A stretch of 64,000 nt of DNA from Octopus sinensis. Lineage: Eukaryota. The stretch covers positions 14,892,464 to 14,956,463 of the forward strand of contig NC_043011.1 of NCBI RefSeq assembly GCF_006345805.1. The letters run 5' to 3'. Numbering within the stretch: the stretch's first letter is position 1; every line of letters starts with the position of its first letter. Made by a program: the position numbers and the translations under genes. This document shows positions 37,521-53,232 of the stretch, one piece after another. The notes below the pieces were generated by a model. That model worked only from the letters and a program-made list of their open reading frames with translations, searched no databases and was not told where the DNA came from.

Positions 37521-39356
37521 CAGCGAACACATTGTGGGCAACTAATTTCCTGAATACGAAAACCTCTGAAGAGCATTTATATTTTATCCTAGTGTATTAT
37601 TTCCTAATTCGGTTTTCCTTATTAAGAGTTCCAGAATATATTCTCACTCATTTCCTGAGACTTGTAGAACACCTCACCAGATACCGGGGAAATAATAAAG
37701 CCATTGGTAGAAATATTTCTGAGCTGGTTTGTATTTCTTCTTCATTTTACAACTACGAAAGAATATATATTTTGGCCAAACTACATTACTGTATCCTTGG
37801 AGAATGTCGTAACTAGGTCAAGGCTTTTCCTCATACCATTCTTGGTGTATTCTTTCAAATCATTCACAGAAAAGTAATCTGTTATGTTGGAATTTCCAAC
37901 TTTCTGTGCATTATTCACATAATCCTCAGATTCCATCAGCCAAGACGACAAGGAGTTTATTGAAAGTATAAACAGTATCACAGAAATATTTCTCTATGGT
38001 CTTGGAATATACCCCAGTATTTTTTAGTGACAATAGGACCATTTTCTACATGAAGCATGTATTTATGTATGTGCACGCGTATGTATGCATGCATGTATCC
38101 ATGAATACATGTATACATGAATGTAAACACGTATATATATATATATATATATTTCGTCATCATATATTGGTGAAAACAAAAATACTCCTTGTGCACTCCA
38201 TGTCATGTACAAATATTCCTTAGTCATTCTCATTCCTTAGACATTCTCATAAACGTAACCACAGTGAACCAGAGATTGGTTCATTTGGTAAACGTTCTCA
38301 TCGATACTCCTTGCGAACCTGGGTTTGATAAGTTCGCATATTTGCTTTTGATTACCTGTCCCTCATCTCTTGTGGAGGATTATAAGGCAAAGACAGATAA
38401 TTTCTGATTGATTCCCCAGAATTACACTGTGTAATATGATCTTTGTATTTTGGGTAGCATCTATTATTTCCTATCTCCTTACCCCTAAAAAGTATGAAAA
38501 ATGACTAAAATTTCCTTCAAACTTTGCTTTTGTTACATTTATTCAAACTCCAAAGAATCCCTTTCAATACATGTCTATTATGCTCCCCCATTACTCCTAC
38601 TCGTGATCAGAGACGCACATATTGTCAGCCACTTAGGGACATGCTGAAATGGTTAAGCTCAAGCAACTAACAAGCAAATCTGTGCTATTGAGCCGGATAT
38701 TTGCTATAACGATATTTTTGCTTCAGCAACTCAACGCTGAATCTGTTTGAAATGTAATGGAAAAAAGGTCAGTTTCAAAACATTGATGTCCAGGTCACAA
38801 AAGCAATGTTCGAAGGGAATAGTAGTCATTTCCTTTGATTTCTAACACTTACTGACCAAAGACAAAAAAACAAAAAATCAAATTGTTACACTGTGTTATC
38901 AGCCAAACCCCCTCAAACTATAACCAACAATCTTTAACAACAGGAAGAATGCACAGAAGAATATAATTCTTGACGTACAATATCTAATATCAAGATCTTG
39001 GCCTATCTAGAGTTAAGCAACGACTACGAATAAAGAGAAATCCTGGTATAATAATATTAGAATTACATATTTTTTCTGGTTAAAAGGTAATTTAACAATG
39101 GGTTTTAACTAAGACTATGAAAAAAATACCTATTACATAACATTGGACTAAAAGACTAGTATTGCAAGGCCTTACACTAAATCACGTGTTTATTAAGTCT
39201 TATGACTGACTTTCGCGACATACTTGAAGACTGAAGTTTCTAAGTTGGTAACTGAAATATTCCATTGAACGAATTCCTAGGAAGATTTAGTAGTAAAGTG
39301 GGAAAAGTTTTAAATAGCTTTCAATAAATATACATTTTTTCAGTGTTGGATAATGA

Positions 39357-39358
39357 AC

Positions 39359-39415
<57 letters not shown>

Positions 39416-39460
39416 GACGACGACGACGACGGCTACTACTACTACTACTACTACTACTAC

Positions 39461-39508
<48 letters not shown>

Positions 39509-39520
39509 TAATAATAATAG
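39357..39520 (+). repeat. Compound (CTA)n(CGA)n(CTA)n(TAA)n microsatellite
   Basis: direct reading. Confidence 0.95.
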
Positions 39521-40063
39521 TCCTCGTTCTCTTCATCACCATATCATCCACTACCACAACCCATCCTCAGTAACAGAGGTTGTTGTTGACTCAGCCTCCT
39601 CATCCGACTCCCTCAGCGTCCTCTAACAATAAGTTACGAGGCCTATTTCCTCCTCAATGATGTCCGTAGAGGTTCCAGTATGTTACTGTGTGTATGCTGA
39701 CCATGGCTGCTGTTATCGTTGTTGCTCAACTCCGTCGTTTTGCGTATCCAGGAGTACATTGCCGAACGTGACCTTCCCTTTTAAGGCTAATGAGTTGAAG
39801 GATATTTACCGGCAATTTTTAGGACGAGAGATGTTTAAAGTTACTTTCAATAGAACCTACTCATACCTGAGGGTCTCCGTTTATTGTCAGGTAAACTTTA
39901 TTTAGCTACAAAGAAACTAAAGTATTTTCTGTAGTCAAAATTTGTTATCAGTTACTAATAGGTTCCGAAGCAGCTCGTTTTAACGCTTTGTAAGATACTG
40001 AGGTTTTAAATTTATATAAACACATATGGGTAAACATACATTTATACACAAATAACACTTGCG

Positions 40064-40103
<40 letters not shown>

Positions 40104-40407
40104 TTACGGTTATCAATTTGTGTTGCAAGATTCCTGATGTGAAGTCGTATATTGAAACCGATATTGTTGTATTCCGGGACGGTCATTTTTTTCTTTTTCT
40201 TTTTTGGGCAAATAAACACAGGTTTTATATATTTTTCTTCGCTCGTTTATTACTGTTCTTATATTATTATTTTAACTCATATCCATTGTCCGGAAATCTT
40301 TCGTCACACATCTGTGACCTCTTCAGTGACACTTTTTTGTTTTCGTGTGTGTTTTTGCTCGACACTTACTCCAGGAGTAATAAGCGAGTGAAGAAAAAAA
40401 ATATATA

Positions 40408-40612
40408 TGTTTGGATGTCTGTGTTTGTCCCCCTCACCATCGCTTGCCAACCGATGTTGGTGTATTTACGACCATGTAACTTAGCTGTTCGGCAAAAGAT
40501 ACCGATAGAATAAGTATTAGGCTTACAAAGAATAAGTCCTGGGGTCGATTTGTTCGACTAAAGGAGGTGCCCCAGCATGGCCACAGTCAAATGACGGAAA
40601 CAAATATAAGAA
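40408..40612 (+). mobile_element. SINE family A 3' half
   Basis: TGTGTTTGTCCCC...GGTGCCCCAGCATGGCC tail. Confidence 0.8.
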
Positions 40613-40982
40613 AATATATATATAACATGTGGGGAGGCTTATTAGCAATTTAACAACCTAAAGGCAAACTTATAAACGTCACTGACGTATCAGCGGATAC
40701 TAAGTGGTACCAGCATTACTAGAGATAAGAGTCAAGACAACTCAATCGCTACAGAAGCACTGTCTTAATAATTGACGACTGACAAGGGGAGATAAGTTAC
40801 CCAGCGGATAGCCAAATCACTGACGATTTCAAATTTTGATGCAGATCATCTTAATCCTCATCGGTGGCCCTTGCTGCACCTAGGGTTAAACTTGTCATAG
40901 TTTTGGGTTCTGTCCAACTGCGTGACAACTTGATGATGTGTCATCTACAATAGCCTCGGTCCAACCAAACCCTTGTGAGTGG

Positions 40983-41035
<53 letters not shown>

Positions 41036-41130
41036 AATTCAATGTAGAATTATTTAAAAATTCAATTTAATACTAAATTGAATTTTCCCCTGTAAGTTTG
41101 GAGTTACATTCCCCAATATTATTAATATTA

Positions 41131-41161
<31 letters not shown>

Positions 41162-41379
41162 GCAAATGTTTTGATAGCTGGTGAAAGCAAGAGAATTTTG
41201 TTTTCTACCACAGTTAATCAGGGCAGTAACATATTAATCAAGTAAAAGTATTTTCCTTTGTCACTTAAAATTCACATCCTGTCACAAGTGTATTAAAATT
41301 TTTGATTTCAGTCTGTAAATATTTGAATTGTTCTGAATCTGAAAATGGTCTCGTCAGGAGACATGAACCAGTCACATAT

Positions 41380-41590
41380 GGCTGCAAATGGGAAAACTTA
41401 TTGTTAGAGTAATGACTAAACTTGCTATTCGTGCCACCTTACTGAGCTCCAATTCCACCGACGTCAATATGCCTTTCATCCTTTCAAGGACGATAAATAA
41501 AGTACTTGCCCAGTACAGGCGGCGAGTTTTCTCTCTAGATTGTGCCTATCATTTTGTCACGCTTATTCTACCTGAGAATTGCGTAAAGTG
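41380..41590 (+). mobile_element. Diverged SINE family C-related copy
   Basis: GCCTTTCATCCTTTC..GATAAATAAAGTAC. Confidence 0.55.
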
Positions 41591-41850
41591 TACAACATAA
41601 CTGCGAAATATTCAGCCACCTACGCGAGTGTTTTAGTTTGTTAAAAAAATTAATATCGACGAAGAATCCACTGTAGTAGTCATATGGCAGAATTGAAGAA
41701 TTTATAGACTAGCTTAAGCATTGCAAAATCAGAAACAGATTTTTCCGGCAAGTTCGCTTGCAGCTGAATTCTCATTTTCCAATTCCAGACATCTTTTACA
41801 TTATTCAACTATACTACTGCCTCTATAACATCAAGATGATAAATTGGTGG

Positions 41851-42143
41851 TTTGTTCCTTCTCGAGCCATGCATGGCTCATAAGGGCCGGTTTCCTTGGC
41901 GTATAGGTTCCTCACCTGGACGGGATGCCGGTCCATTGCAGGTGAGCTGCAAGAGGCAGGAGGAAAGAGTGAGAGAAAGTTGTGGCGAAAGAGTCAGCAG
42001 AAGTTCGCCATTACCTTCTGCCGGAGCCCCGTGGAGCTTAGTTGTTTCGCTCATAAACACACACATTGTCCGGTCTGATATTCGAACCCGCGATCCCTCG
42101 ACCGCGGGTCCGCTGCTCTAAACATTAAGCCATGTGCCTCCAC
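41851..42143 (-). mobile_element. SINE family B tail type 2 with 13-bp TSD
   Basis: ATAAATTGGTGGT on both flanks. Confidence 0.92.
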
Positions 42144-44056
42144 ATAAATTGGTGGTAGGAAGAGATAACAGATTTAGTAAATCACTGATATGATATTTGA
42201 GGGACTTTGGCTAGCTTGCCTAGAAGACTAAATGATCTCAGAGATTCTCTCGTATCAATTTGAATGTCAGATAATAGATTATTATATATAATTTTCTATC
42301 GTGGAAATGTAGAAGCTGACATATGATTTTATGAAGTAATACGTTGTGCTACTCGGAATAGTTTTCGTGGTTATACCAGTTTTCTAAAAACCGAAAGCTA
42401 ATATGCATGATATGTTAAAAAACAAAAAAAAAATTATTATTTCGAAATACAATATTGTAGTATTCTATAAAACTCCTCGAGTTCAACATTCTTAAAGTAT
42501 ATAATTAGTAGAAAATTCTTCATTTTGTATATATTGAAAAGTCAAACTTAAAAGGATTTATAAAAGAAAAGCAAGATGGAAGGAACAGCATTAAACTACA
42601 CGAGAACCGCCCTCGTTTAAAAAAATGTCATTTAGTGAATGCTATGTGTCACAATGTTCACATACTCCAGCACAAATGTTAACAGATTTCAATTTCAGTA
42701 CCATGGATATTATGAGTGGCCTTTTCAGCTAAAAACGAAAAGTCAAGAATAAAAATAAGTGATTCGAGAAACAGTAAATATATGTATATTTTTTACAAAC
42801 CCAGTGAACATATATTTCCTATTTCAAAGAAATTCAAACAATAGATATAAGACCCAAGTTAAAAAGATTCTCAACAATTCAACTTTTCTGATTGATATTA
42901 AGATGCCCACCCCCAACAGGGGCCTTAACTCTCACATTTTAGAGCTCCATGACCTTCATTTTTCAGGAGCAAAATCTTTTTAACAGGTTCAATAAGACTG
43001 GAATTTTGGAATATGCGCATAAAAATCAGTAGCATGGGATACATGTGGCACGATTACAATTTTTTTAGGGTGTGTAAAGAGGGAAATAACCCTCATCTGC
43101 AATTTTGATGTAATTCGAAACATAGATATTCCAGTTCATTACAGAAAATATATCAGGAAAGTCTAATTCTTCAATTGAATGTAACCGGGCAACGCCGGGT
43201 TTTGTCAACCCTTCAAACTTATGAACCAACAGAATAATAAACATGAGGTATTTACGTAGTTCCAGCAAGTGGAGTAGAAATAAGGAAAGATTTCATTTCG
43301 TTCCATTTTTACCACACAAATAAGATACATCCTGTTGCCTATACCTGAAAACGCAGTCAGATATCGCTTCCGTATTCCCAGCAATATCTTGAAATCAGAT
43401 TAGTACATATTTGATTGGTTCAACATCGCAGCCCATTATACGTTAGATTAATTTTAAATATATGTTAGTAATACCAGGGAAAAAAATGGATTTAGTATCT
43501 TAAATTATCGTCAAGGGTAACTGAAAAACCCTGTCAGAGGAGTCAGAAGATTAACGTATTTGACGATTTCTGCACATTCCATTAACGGTAATATGCTAAC
43601 TCAGCAAATGTGCTACACGGGTATCATGTTCGCGGATATTTTAGGAAAGTTTAAATTCAAACAGAAGCCAATGCAGGAAAATTGAGAATAATTCAATCTG
43701 TTAACCGAATCACATTTTGGCATAAAACTGACACTGGTAATTAGTTTTCTCTGACTGACAATCAAACTCAAGAACGAATAATGGAAATAATAGAACCAAA
43801 GGGAATAGAATTAAAATGGAGTTTTAAAGATAAAGATCTATAAAAGAAAACGCATGTTTCATTATAAAATGAAGTGGTGAATGCTATAATCAATCGGTTC
43901 GTTGAGAGACCAGAGTTTATTGTATGTTACTATACTTAATGTGGTCTGTGTATTGTATAGAATACGGTCCTGTGAGGTATTTTCACTAAGCCATATTGTT
44001 GATGGATTTAATCAGCGTCACTACATTCCCTTTACACTTTCACACACATGCACATA

Positions 44057-44059
44057 TCC

Positions 44060-44136
<77 letters not shown>

Positions 44137-44157
44137 CCTGTCTGTCTATCTATCTAC

Positions 44158-44227
<70 letters not shown>
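44057..44227 (+). repeat. (TATC)n/(TGTC)n microsatellite, left flank of Tx1 insertion
   Basis: direct reading. Confidence 0.95.
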
Positions 44228-45529
44228 GCGACATCTCTGGCTCTATGTAGACGACGGTGAACAGGTGTGGTCGCCGTTTGTGAGGCACGCTTTCCCGCAG
44301 CTCGTCTCCATGACCGAACTGCAGTCGTGGATCAAAAAGAGGCCGAGGAAGGGCGATTGGCACCGCGAGTGTCGCGTTGCTCTCAAGCAACTCTGCCGTC
44401 CCGGGTCGACCTTGAGTGACTTCAACACAACCAAAGCATTCTATAGGGGATTAGTGGAGGGGAGGTACGACGACGAGCTCGGGGCGAACCTGGACGTCGA
44501 CGAGGAGTACCTGACCCGCCTGTTAAGGACGACTTTCGGGCCAGGGCCCATGGACAACTTCCAGAGATCCCTGGCCTGGCAGTGCTACCGAGAAGCGCTA
44601 CCCGTTCGGGATAAGCTCTAGAGACACGGCTCGAGAAACACGGGGCCGACCTGCCCGAGATGCGGTCAGAGCGACGAAACCGTTCTGCACGCACTCGTGC
44701 AGTGTCCAACAATTTCCGACCTGTGGGCTTATGTCGAACAACTGCTGTCACGTGTGGGACGAGTCGGTTTATCAGCTGAGTCTATCGTCAATATTGTCAC
44801 GCCTCCTTCCTTCAAACGGGAAGGAAGAGCTATTTTCATCATCCTTGTGGCTATGGCGAAAGAATGTATCTGGTGGACGCGTCTGAAAGGATTGGAGACA
44901 AACACTTTCCTCTCTGGTCAATCTCTCATCAACTTCTTCAAGTACCACTTGAAAAGGAAAGTGAGAGTAGAGAGGCAAGTTTTGTCTAGCGAATGTTTTA
45001 AAAAAAGATGGGTGAATGTAGCAAGGATGGTACGTATGAATGACGAAGCCACCTTGAGCATAATCCTATGAACCCAGAAATTGAAAACAGAGGGTTACCC
45101 ACTTGCAAACAAATGTGGTAACATATAACAATATTGACCAAGGTTACCGTGGTCTTTTTCGTAGGCTTTTCTTCCCACGGATAAACCTTACTTGCTTTCC
45201 CCTTTACACCATATATCATAACACTGTGATACACGATCCCTATTGATCGTTTTTTTTTTCCTCTTCCCCTTTTTTCCCCCTTTCTTTCTTCTTTTTTCAT
45301 TTCTCTTTCCTTTTGTTCCTTTTCCTTTTCTTTTTTTTCTTTTTATTCCTTTTATTTTATTCAAATTTTTTTTTTGTTCTTTTCTTCCCTTTTACGATCC
45401 CTCTTGATCGAAAACCTACGCCACCCCCTTTTTTTCTTTTGTTTTTTGTTCTCTTCATCCCCCAAAAGAAAAGCTCTACCTTGTAACTTGTCCCATCTGT
45501 GTGCAGCCCTGTGTGGCCAATAAAGAAAC

Positions 45530-45530
<1 letters not shown>
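44228..45530 (+). mobile_element. 5'-truncated Tx1/L1-clade LINE (ORF2 C-terminus plus 3' UTR)
   Basis: single frame with one TAG at 44619; [20 protein letters not shown]...CPRCGQSDETVLHALVQCP (CCHC knuckle)...WTRL..; ORF ends 45071; T-rich 3' UTR, AATAAA, then (TATC)n. Confidence 0.9.
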
Positions 45531-45567
<37 letters not shown>

Positions 45568-45643
45568 GTCTGTCTGTGTGTCTGCATGCCTGTCTGTCTG
45601 TTTGTCTATACGTTATACACACACACACGAATACATATTACAG

Positions 45644-45710
<67 letters not shown>

Positions 45711-45711
45711 A

Positions 45712-46605
45712 CGAGAGGGTACTCAAAAGTAATCAGAAACGTCCTGTGTGGGACAAGCTCGTTGTAGTTCAGGCTTTCGCTACTAGAAGCCACTTGATTC
45801 GTCCCTCAGGCATCAGTTAATCGACCGGTATCGTCGACTGATGTCGTACTGTCACGTGGTGCGTCTTTGTTTAGCAGAGCTCCTCCCCTGTTCGTCGATC
45901 TTTGCGATGGCTCAAACGAAGGAACAGCCTGCTTCCGTGAAATTCTGTTTCTGATGGGGGTAAACGGCGGCCGAAACAGATGTCATACTTCAAACAGCTT
46001 TCAAAGCAAAACAAGTTTTCGAGTGGTTTTCACGCATTAGGAATGGTTACTTGTCGCTTGAACACTAACCCCGTTCAGGACGACAGTCGACCTCCCGAAC
46101 GAAAGAGAACATCATGAAATTTCATGAACCCATCTTGGAGAAACGTCACCGAACAATCGACGATGTTGTTGAGGTGGCTGACGCGTCCTGGAGCTCCTGT
46201 TAACGAATTTTGAGCGAGGAATTGCGAATATAAAGAGTTGCAGCAAAATTTTTGCCTCTCTTGCTCATGGAAGATCAAAAGCAGTCACGACTGAATGCAC
46301 GTCGTAAACTGAAAGAACAGGTGGAAGTCGATGTGGACCTTTTTTTTTGAAGGTCATCACTGGTGACAAAAGCTGGTGCTACGGAATTTGCAGATGTGGA
46401 AGAGGTGAAGGCAAAAACGGCGGAGGCGTTAAACGGTAGCACCTCGCAAGAGTTCCAGGACTGCTTCGAATAGTGAAAAACGCGCTTGGACCGATGCCTT
46501 GTTTCAAATGGAGAATATTTTGAAGGCGATTAAAGGGTAAACATGTTAATCTAAGTGATTAAGATAATTTTGCAAAATTCCGTTTTGTTTTGGGAAACCC
46601 AATCG
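45712..46605 (+). mobile_element. Internally deleted mariner transposon
   Basis: TA flanks, degenerate CGAG../..ATCG TIRs; decayed EQ..SVKFCF, FEWFSR, PRSGR, VITGD.SW.YG, then a jump to the C-terminal RCL.SNGEYFEGD* (most of the DD34D domain missing). Confidence 0.85.
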
Positions 46606-46622
46606 TATATATATATATATAT

Positions 46623-46800
46623 ACATCGTTAGCCACTACACTCCTTGTTTCTCTCCTTGTTTTTTTCTGTGTCCCTTTCTGTAGAAGAGCTTAGGCTCGA
46701 AACGTAAAAGACTTTTTCTATTCCTGAGCGTTATACTGATACAGTTGTTTGTTTTGTACACCACCTGTCTTAGTCTTTTGTTTTTTTCGTGAACTCTCCC
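46623..46800 (+). mobile_element. Penelope-like pLTR remnant with hammerhead-like motif (46675-46710), in (TA)n
   Basis: CTTT-CTGTAGA-A-GAGC TTAG GCTC-GAA-ACGT-A-AAAG. Confidence 0.65.
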
Positions 46801-46812
46801 TATATATATATT

Positions 46813-46848
<36 letters not shown>

Positions 46849-46863
46849 GTGTGTGTGTGTGTG

Positions 46864-46925
<62 letters not shown>

Positions 46926-47151
46926 TGCCAGTTAAGTACAGGAGTCGATGTAATCGACTAGCTTAATCCTCTAATTTTTCTGTTTCAGGCCTTGCGCTTA
47001 TAATGGAAAAGGTTATTAAAATATAACTCTGGTCATAATAAACTTTTTGCTCAGAAATATATATAATACATCGAGAAATTAAACAACAAAGTTAAACATT
47101 GAAGGTATGATAGTTTAAAACCGTTGAAGGTAGTAATCCAGCAAGACAGAA

Positions 47152-47546
47152 GGCGGCAAGCTGGCAGAAACGTTAGCACGCCGGCGAAATGCTTAGCGGT
47201 ATTTCGTCTGCCGTTACGTTCTGAGTTCAAATTCCGCCAAGGTCGACTTTGCCTTTCATCCTTTCGGGGTCGATTAAATAAGTACCAGTTACGCACTGGG
47301 GTCGATATAATCGACTTAATCCCTTTGTCTGTTCTTGTTTGTCTCCTCTGTATTTAGCCCCTTGTGGGTAGTAAAGAAATAGGTATTTTGTCTGCTGTTA
47401 CGTTCTGAGTTCAAATTCCGCCGATGTGGACTTTGCCTTTCATCCTTTCGGGGTGGATTAATTAAGTACCAGTTGCATACTAGGGTCGATCTCATCGACA
47501 GGCTAATTCCCTAAAAGTCTCGGGCCTTGTGCCTAGAGTAGAAAAG
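47152..47546 (+). mobile_element. Dimeric SINE family C (C plus variant-tail unit) with 17-bp TSD
   Basis: AATCCAGCAAG(A/C)CAGAA at 47135-51 and 47547-63; junction GAAATAGGTATTT at ~47382. Confidence 0.88.
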
Positions 47547-48117
47547 AATCCAGCAAGCCAGAAATCCAATAACAGAAATAAAGTAGAATAATGACCCTGA
47601 TTGGAATGGGGCCAGCATTTCTAAGCCGCGGAAGTCATTCAGTGCCATCGACCCCATTTCTTTTATTTTGTTGACCCCCTACATGATAAAAAGTTGTCAA
47701 TCTCGGTAGCATTTGAATTCAGAAGGCAAAGAACTGGAATATATACATAAATGCATTTTTTACCACACCCTACCGAGTATTTGTAGCCTGAGAAACCACT
47801 GACACAATAAATTATAAAACTGTGGAGAATCAAATGAACAGATGTTTTCTAATTTTGAGGGATAAGTAAGGAAAGGAAGTGTTATTATGACATTATAGCT
47901 TGGGAGTGTTCCAGCTGCAAATGTGAATGCACTGCGTCTGGCTGCTAAGTTACGCGACAAAGGGACACCGTAAAAGCAGCAACACTGGTTTTTAAATCGG
48001 TTTATATGTAACCACAGACTCGAACACGCATATACTTACGTGCATACATACATCAATCATACATAAATACATACACGCACATGCAATGATGTGTATATAT
48101 ATATATATATATGTATC

Positions 48118-48255
48118 AAAAATATACATAAAAATACAAAATGGGACAAGAACACAAACCATTCAAATAGACGACACAAAAAACGGACGGGTCATTCGAA
48201 GCCTCCAATCTTCAGTCAAGAACCGGATCATCCTCGCAATTTCGGCTGATTAATC
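48118..48255 (-). mobile_element. Penelope-like remnant (same family as 36460-36578)
   Basis: shared GATCCGGTTCTTGACTGAAGA..TTCGAATG; flanked by (TA)n/(CT)n. Confidence 0.5.
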
Positions 48256-48259
48256 TCTC

Positions 48260-48343
<84 letters not shown>

Positions 48344-48536
48344 ACACACACACACACACCGTATTTTCCGACATACAAATCGAAGTGTGCTAGCAAAAAT
48401 TTATAGCCCAGCATGGTAGGTCGACAAGAAGACATGCAGAAAAATTGGAAAGACAGGAACGATATTTGAAAATTTACGCCACATGTTTATTCTATATACT
48501 ACGTCGACTTTTGTGCCTGAAAATACGATAAATACA

Positions 48537-48582
<46 letters not shown>

Positions 48583-48689
48583 GGGTTAAGCAACAGGTTG
48601 CTTAACCACATTCCGAAAATTTAGAAATAGCAGCCAAAGACTGCTTATTCCTATTTATTACAGATATATATATATGTATATATATATAT

Positions 48690-50255
<1,566 letters not shown>

Positions 50256-51246
50256 ATATATATATATATATGTATAGGCACACGAGCATACACACATGTC
50301 TAAAGTAGCTACGAAAACTCTTATAATAGGCAAGGCACCGCGTATGGGAATCGAACCCGGTAGTACGTAGTTTCCAATTGCATTTCCTGACGTCACATTT
50401 CGTTCGCATTTCTTTCACTTAGTTCCTGGTAAGTGAACGGTTTGAGGTAAGCAAGAAGGAGACCATGTACAAATTAGGGGTGACGGAATGAACGAAGACA
50501 GCTGAATGTGTTGAAGCTGAAAGCTAAATGGACGCTTTATATTTCTTAGTTTTTTTTTTAAGAATACAAATATATTTGGCATGAAGTATAGAAATAATCA
50601 AAAGGTAAAAGACATCCATCAAGAATAATAGAACAAGAGAAAAAAATATTAATCATAAAGCACTTTCCAGTATAACGTTATGAACAATTTGTTTTCAAAT
50701 TTACTAGCTATCAATTAATTTCTGTGTTGCTTTCTTCAAATAGTAAATATATATTAAAATAGACTAAACAAGAGCTAACAGAAGTCAAGAAGCCTTTTAA
50801 AGTGGTGACAAAATGCAAAGATTGAAGAAAAGTCAAAGCAAATCTATGCTATTCATTGTTGGAAGCAATTATTGTCGAACTATTTGTCATAAATTTTGCA
50901 TTAAGTCTTCAGCTACGATTCTACGCAAATTGATCATTGTATTTTTGTTTGCTTTTCTAAATTTTCAGCTCAAAGCAGTATATTTCTCATGAGAGAATTA
51001 CTTTTGCATTAATATTAAAACGTTTATGACTTTTAAGAAATACGAAAAGAAAATTTAGAGACCAAACATTGGGATTTTTTTTTTACAGGTTACATTTATT
51101 AAGCTATATTGGAAGAAACTGCATATTTTGTTAATTGAAAATAAATGAAAAGCTATAGCTGTATATTGAGAAAATGAAACAATGTTAGTAAACCTTCATC
51201 GATGCAATGACAGATATAGCGAATATGTACGTGCATTTAATCTTCC

Positions 51247-51303
<57 letters not shown>

Positions 51304-53105
51304 ACAAATCAGGCAATCAACAAATTGGGCTGTTCAATGGTCCTCAGTCAATCGTACAGTCCAGATTTGGCTTTCACCTGTTTGTCCAAGGATCATGATT
51401 TGATGGTACAGACGAGGTGAAAGTGTTTGTGAAGAGTGGTTAGAACCCAAAAATTCAGTGCAAACCTGGATATTTTCGAGAAAGTCTCGAGATTTGGGTT
51501 CAACGATGTTGCAATGGCATTGTTTGTAATAAAGATTATGCTGAGTGCTACTCGTGTATGATAAACGAGGTACTCATCCAACACTTTCAGTTTGAACGAC
51601 TTCTGTTGGTTAATATAAATGTTATGGCGACTTCTAGTATAACTCTCGTGTGTACAAGTACACACACACATATATACACACACACCCATACAAACTACCA
51701 CTAACTTACTTTCTATAACGAAATATATGACAAATTGCAGATGTCAGTTGAATAGATAACACACGACAGTGAGAGAAACCAAACAACTATTATGCTGACA
51801 CATATTTCAGCAAGACAGTTCTAGCATATTGTAGTTTACTTCAAAGAATAGCATTGTCACAATTATATTCAACAACGAGTAATCTCTAGTTTCTCTTCTC
51901 AACAATGCGACTACAATTTTCTTTCAATAAAAGTATTTATTACCATTTCTCTAAATAAAAACACACATAATAGATTCAATATAACCAGTGTAGCTGAAAA
52001 TAAAGGAGAAACAAATATTTCAAGTTTTAGTTAATTCCAAAACCATATTCTTTTTACATAAAGAGATATTTATTGATGAACACTTCTTTCTTTTTATATC
52101 GCTTAGATATTTTACTCAAGAACAAATGAACCATTTGATTTATTTATCCAATCGCTAGAACATTTGCATTTAGTTCCGATGTTCTTTTGCTAGCAGATGT
52201 ATCCAGCCTCATTGCACAAAAGCTGTTACTATTAGAAACTACAGATAAATATTTATCCGTTTATGAATCCTTGCATTCATCTGGAAACAGGTTCCAAAAC
52301 TGATGTAATTTTGGAAGTTGTTTCTGGTGTATTTGCACTGCAAACAGCTACTTTTACAAATGTAATAAGAAAAGATAAGCAAAAGAAATGGAGTACTTCG
52401 GGGCACTTTGCACCCGATAACTGAACGACTCTAATAACTCTAACAGAGTTTATGGATGTCATTACGTCTAGTTACTGCGTGGAGTGGAAAAAATTCTGAC
52501 GTTCCTTCAGAATCTTACAATGTGTCTTCAGAAATGATAAGAAACTTTTAGATTCAATTATTGCATAACATATATTTGAGTATTTTCTTTCATCCTGGCT
52601 AGAATATCGAGGCCAAGTAATTTAATTCCACCCTTATAAGTGCAAACCTTTTCAGATTTTGCAATGCTGTGGTAATCCTTTTCAAGTAAATTCTTAAATA
52701 TTGCATAAAATCACCTTTGTTTTCTTTTAGTTGGAATCCAACTTAATGGATAACTTAGGATAACAAATTTTCAGGCCAGCAGAAAACATTTTCGACAGTT
52801 TTCATAAGCAATACCGTGATATTCTTATATCGTCATCATGAACCACTTCAATACATTTTTATTCTCCAATCTTTTCTATGTCAACCCGATTAATTCTTCG
52901 CAGACATTGTGGATTGGAAATGCGCAGTGTTCGTATTGTCTTTCTAGTTCCCCGACATAAATTGTCGTCAAAAGAACAGAAGACAAAAAACAAAAATAAA
53001 CAGCATATAGCACACTAAGATAACAGAGATCAAGTTATATTGAACCACTTATTGTAATTGTCACACATGGAAAAGTAAGCAAGGCTGGTTTACTGACACT
53101 TGAAA

Positions 53106-53232
<127 letters not shown>

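Noticed and set aside
43184-43210. Helitron 3' hairpin (ACCGGGCAACGCCGGGT)
   Set aside because: Resembles a Helitron subterminal hairpin but lacks the CTAG end and a 5' terminus; too short to call.
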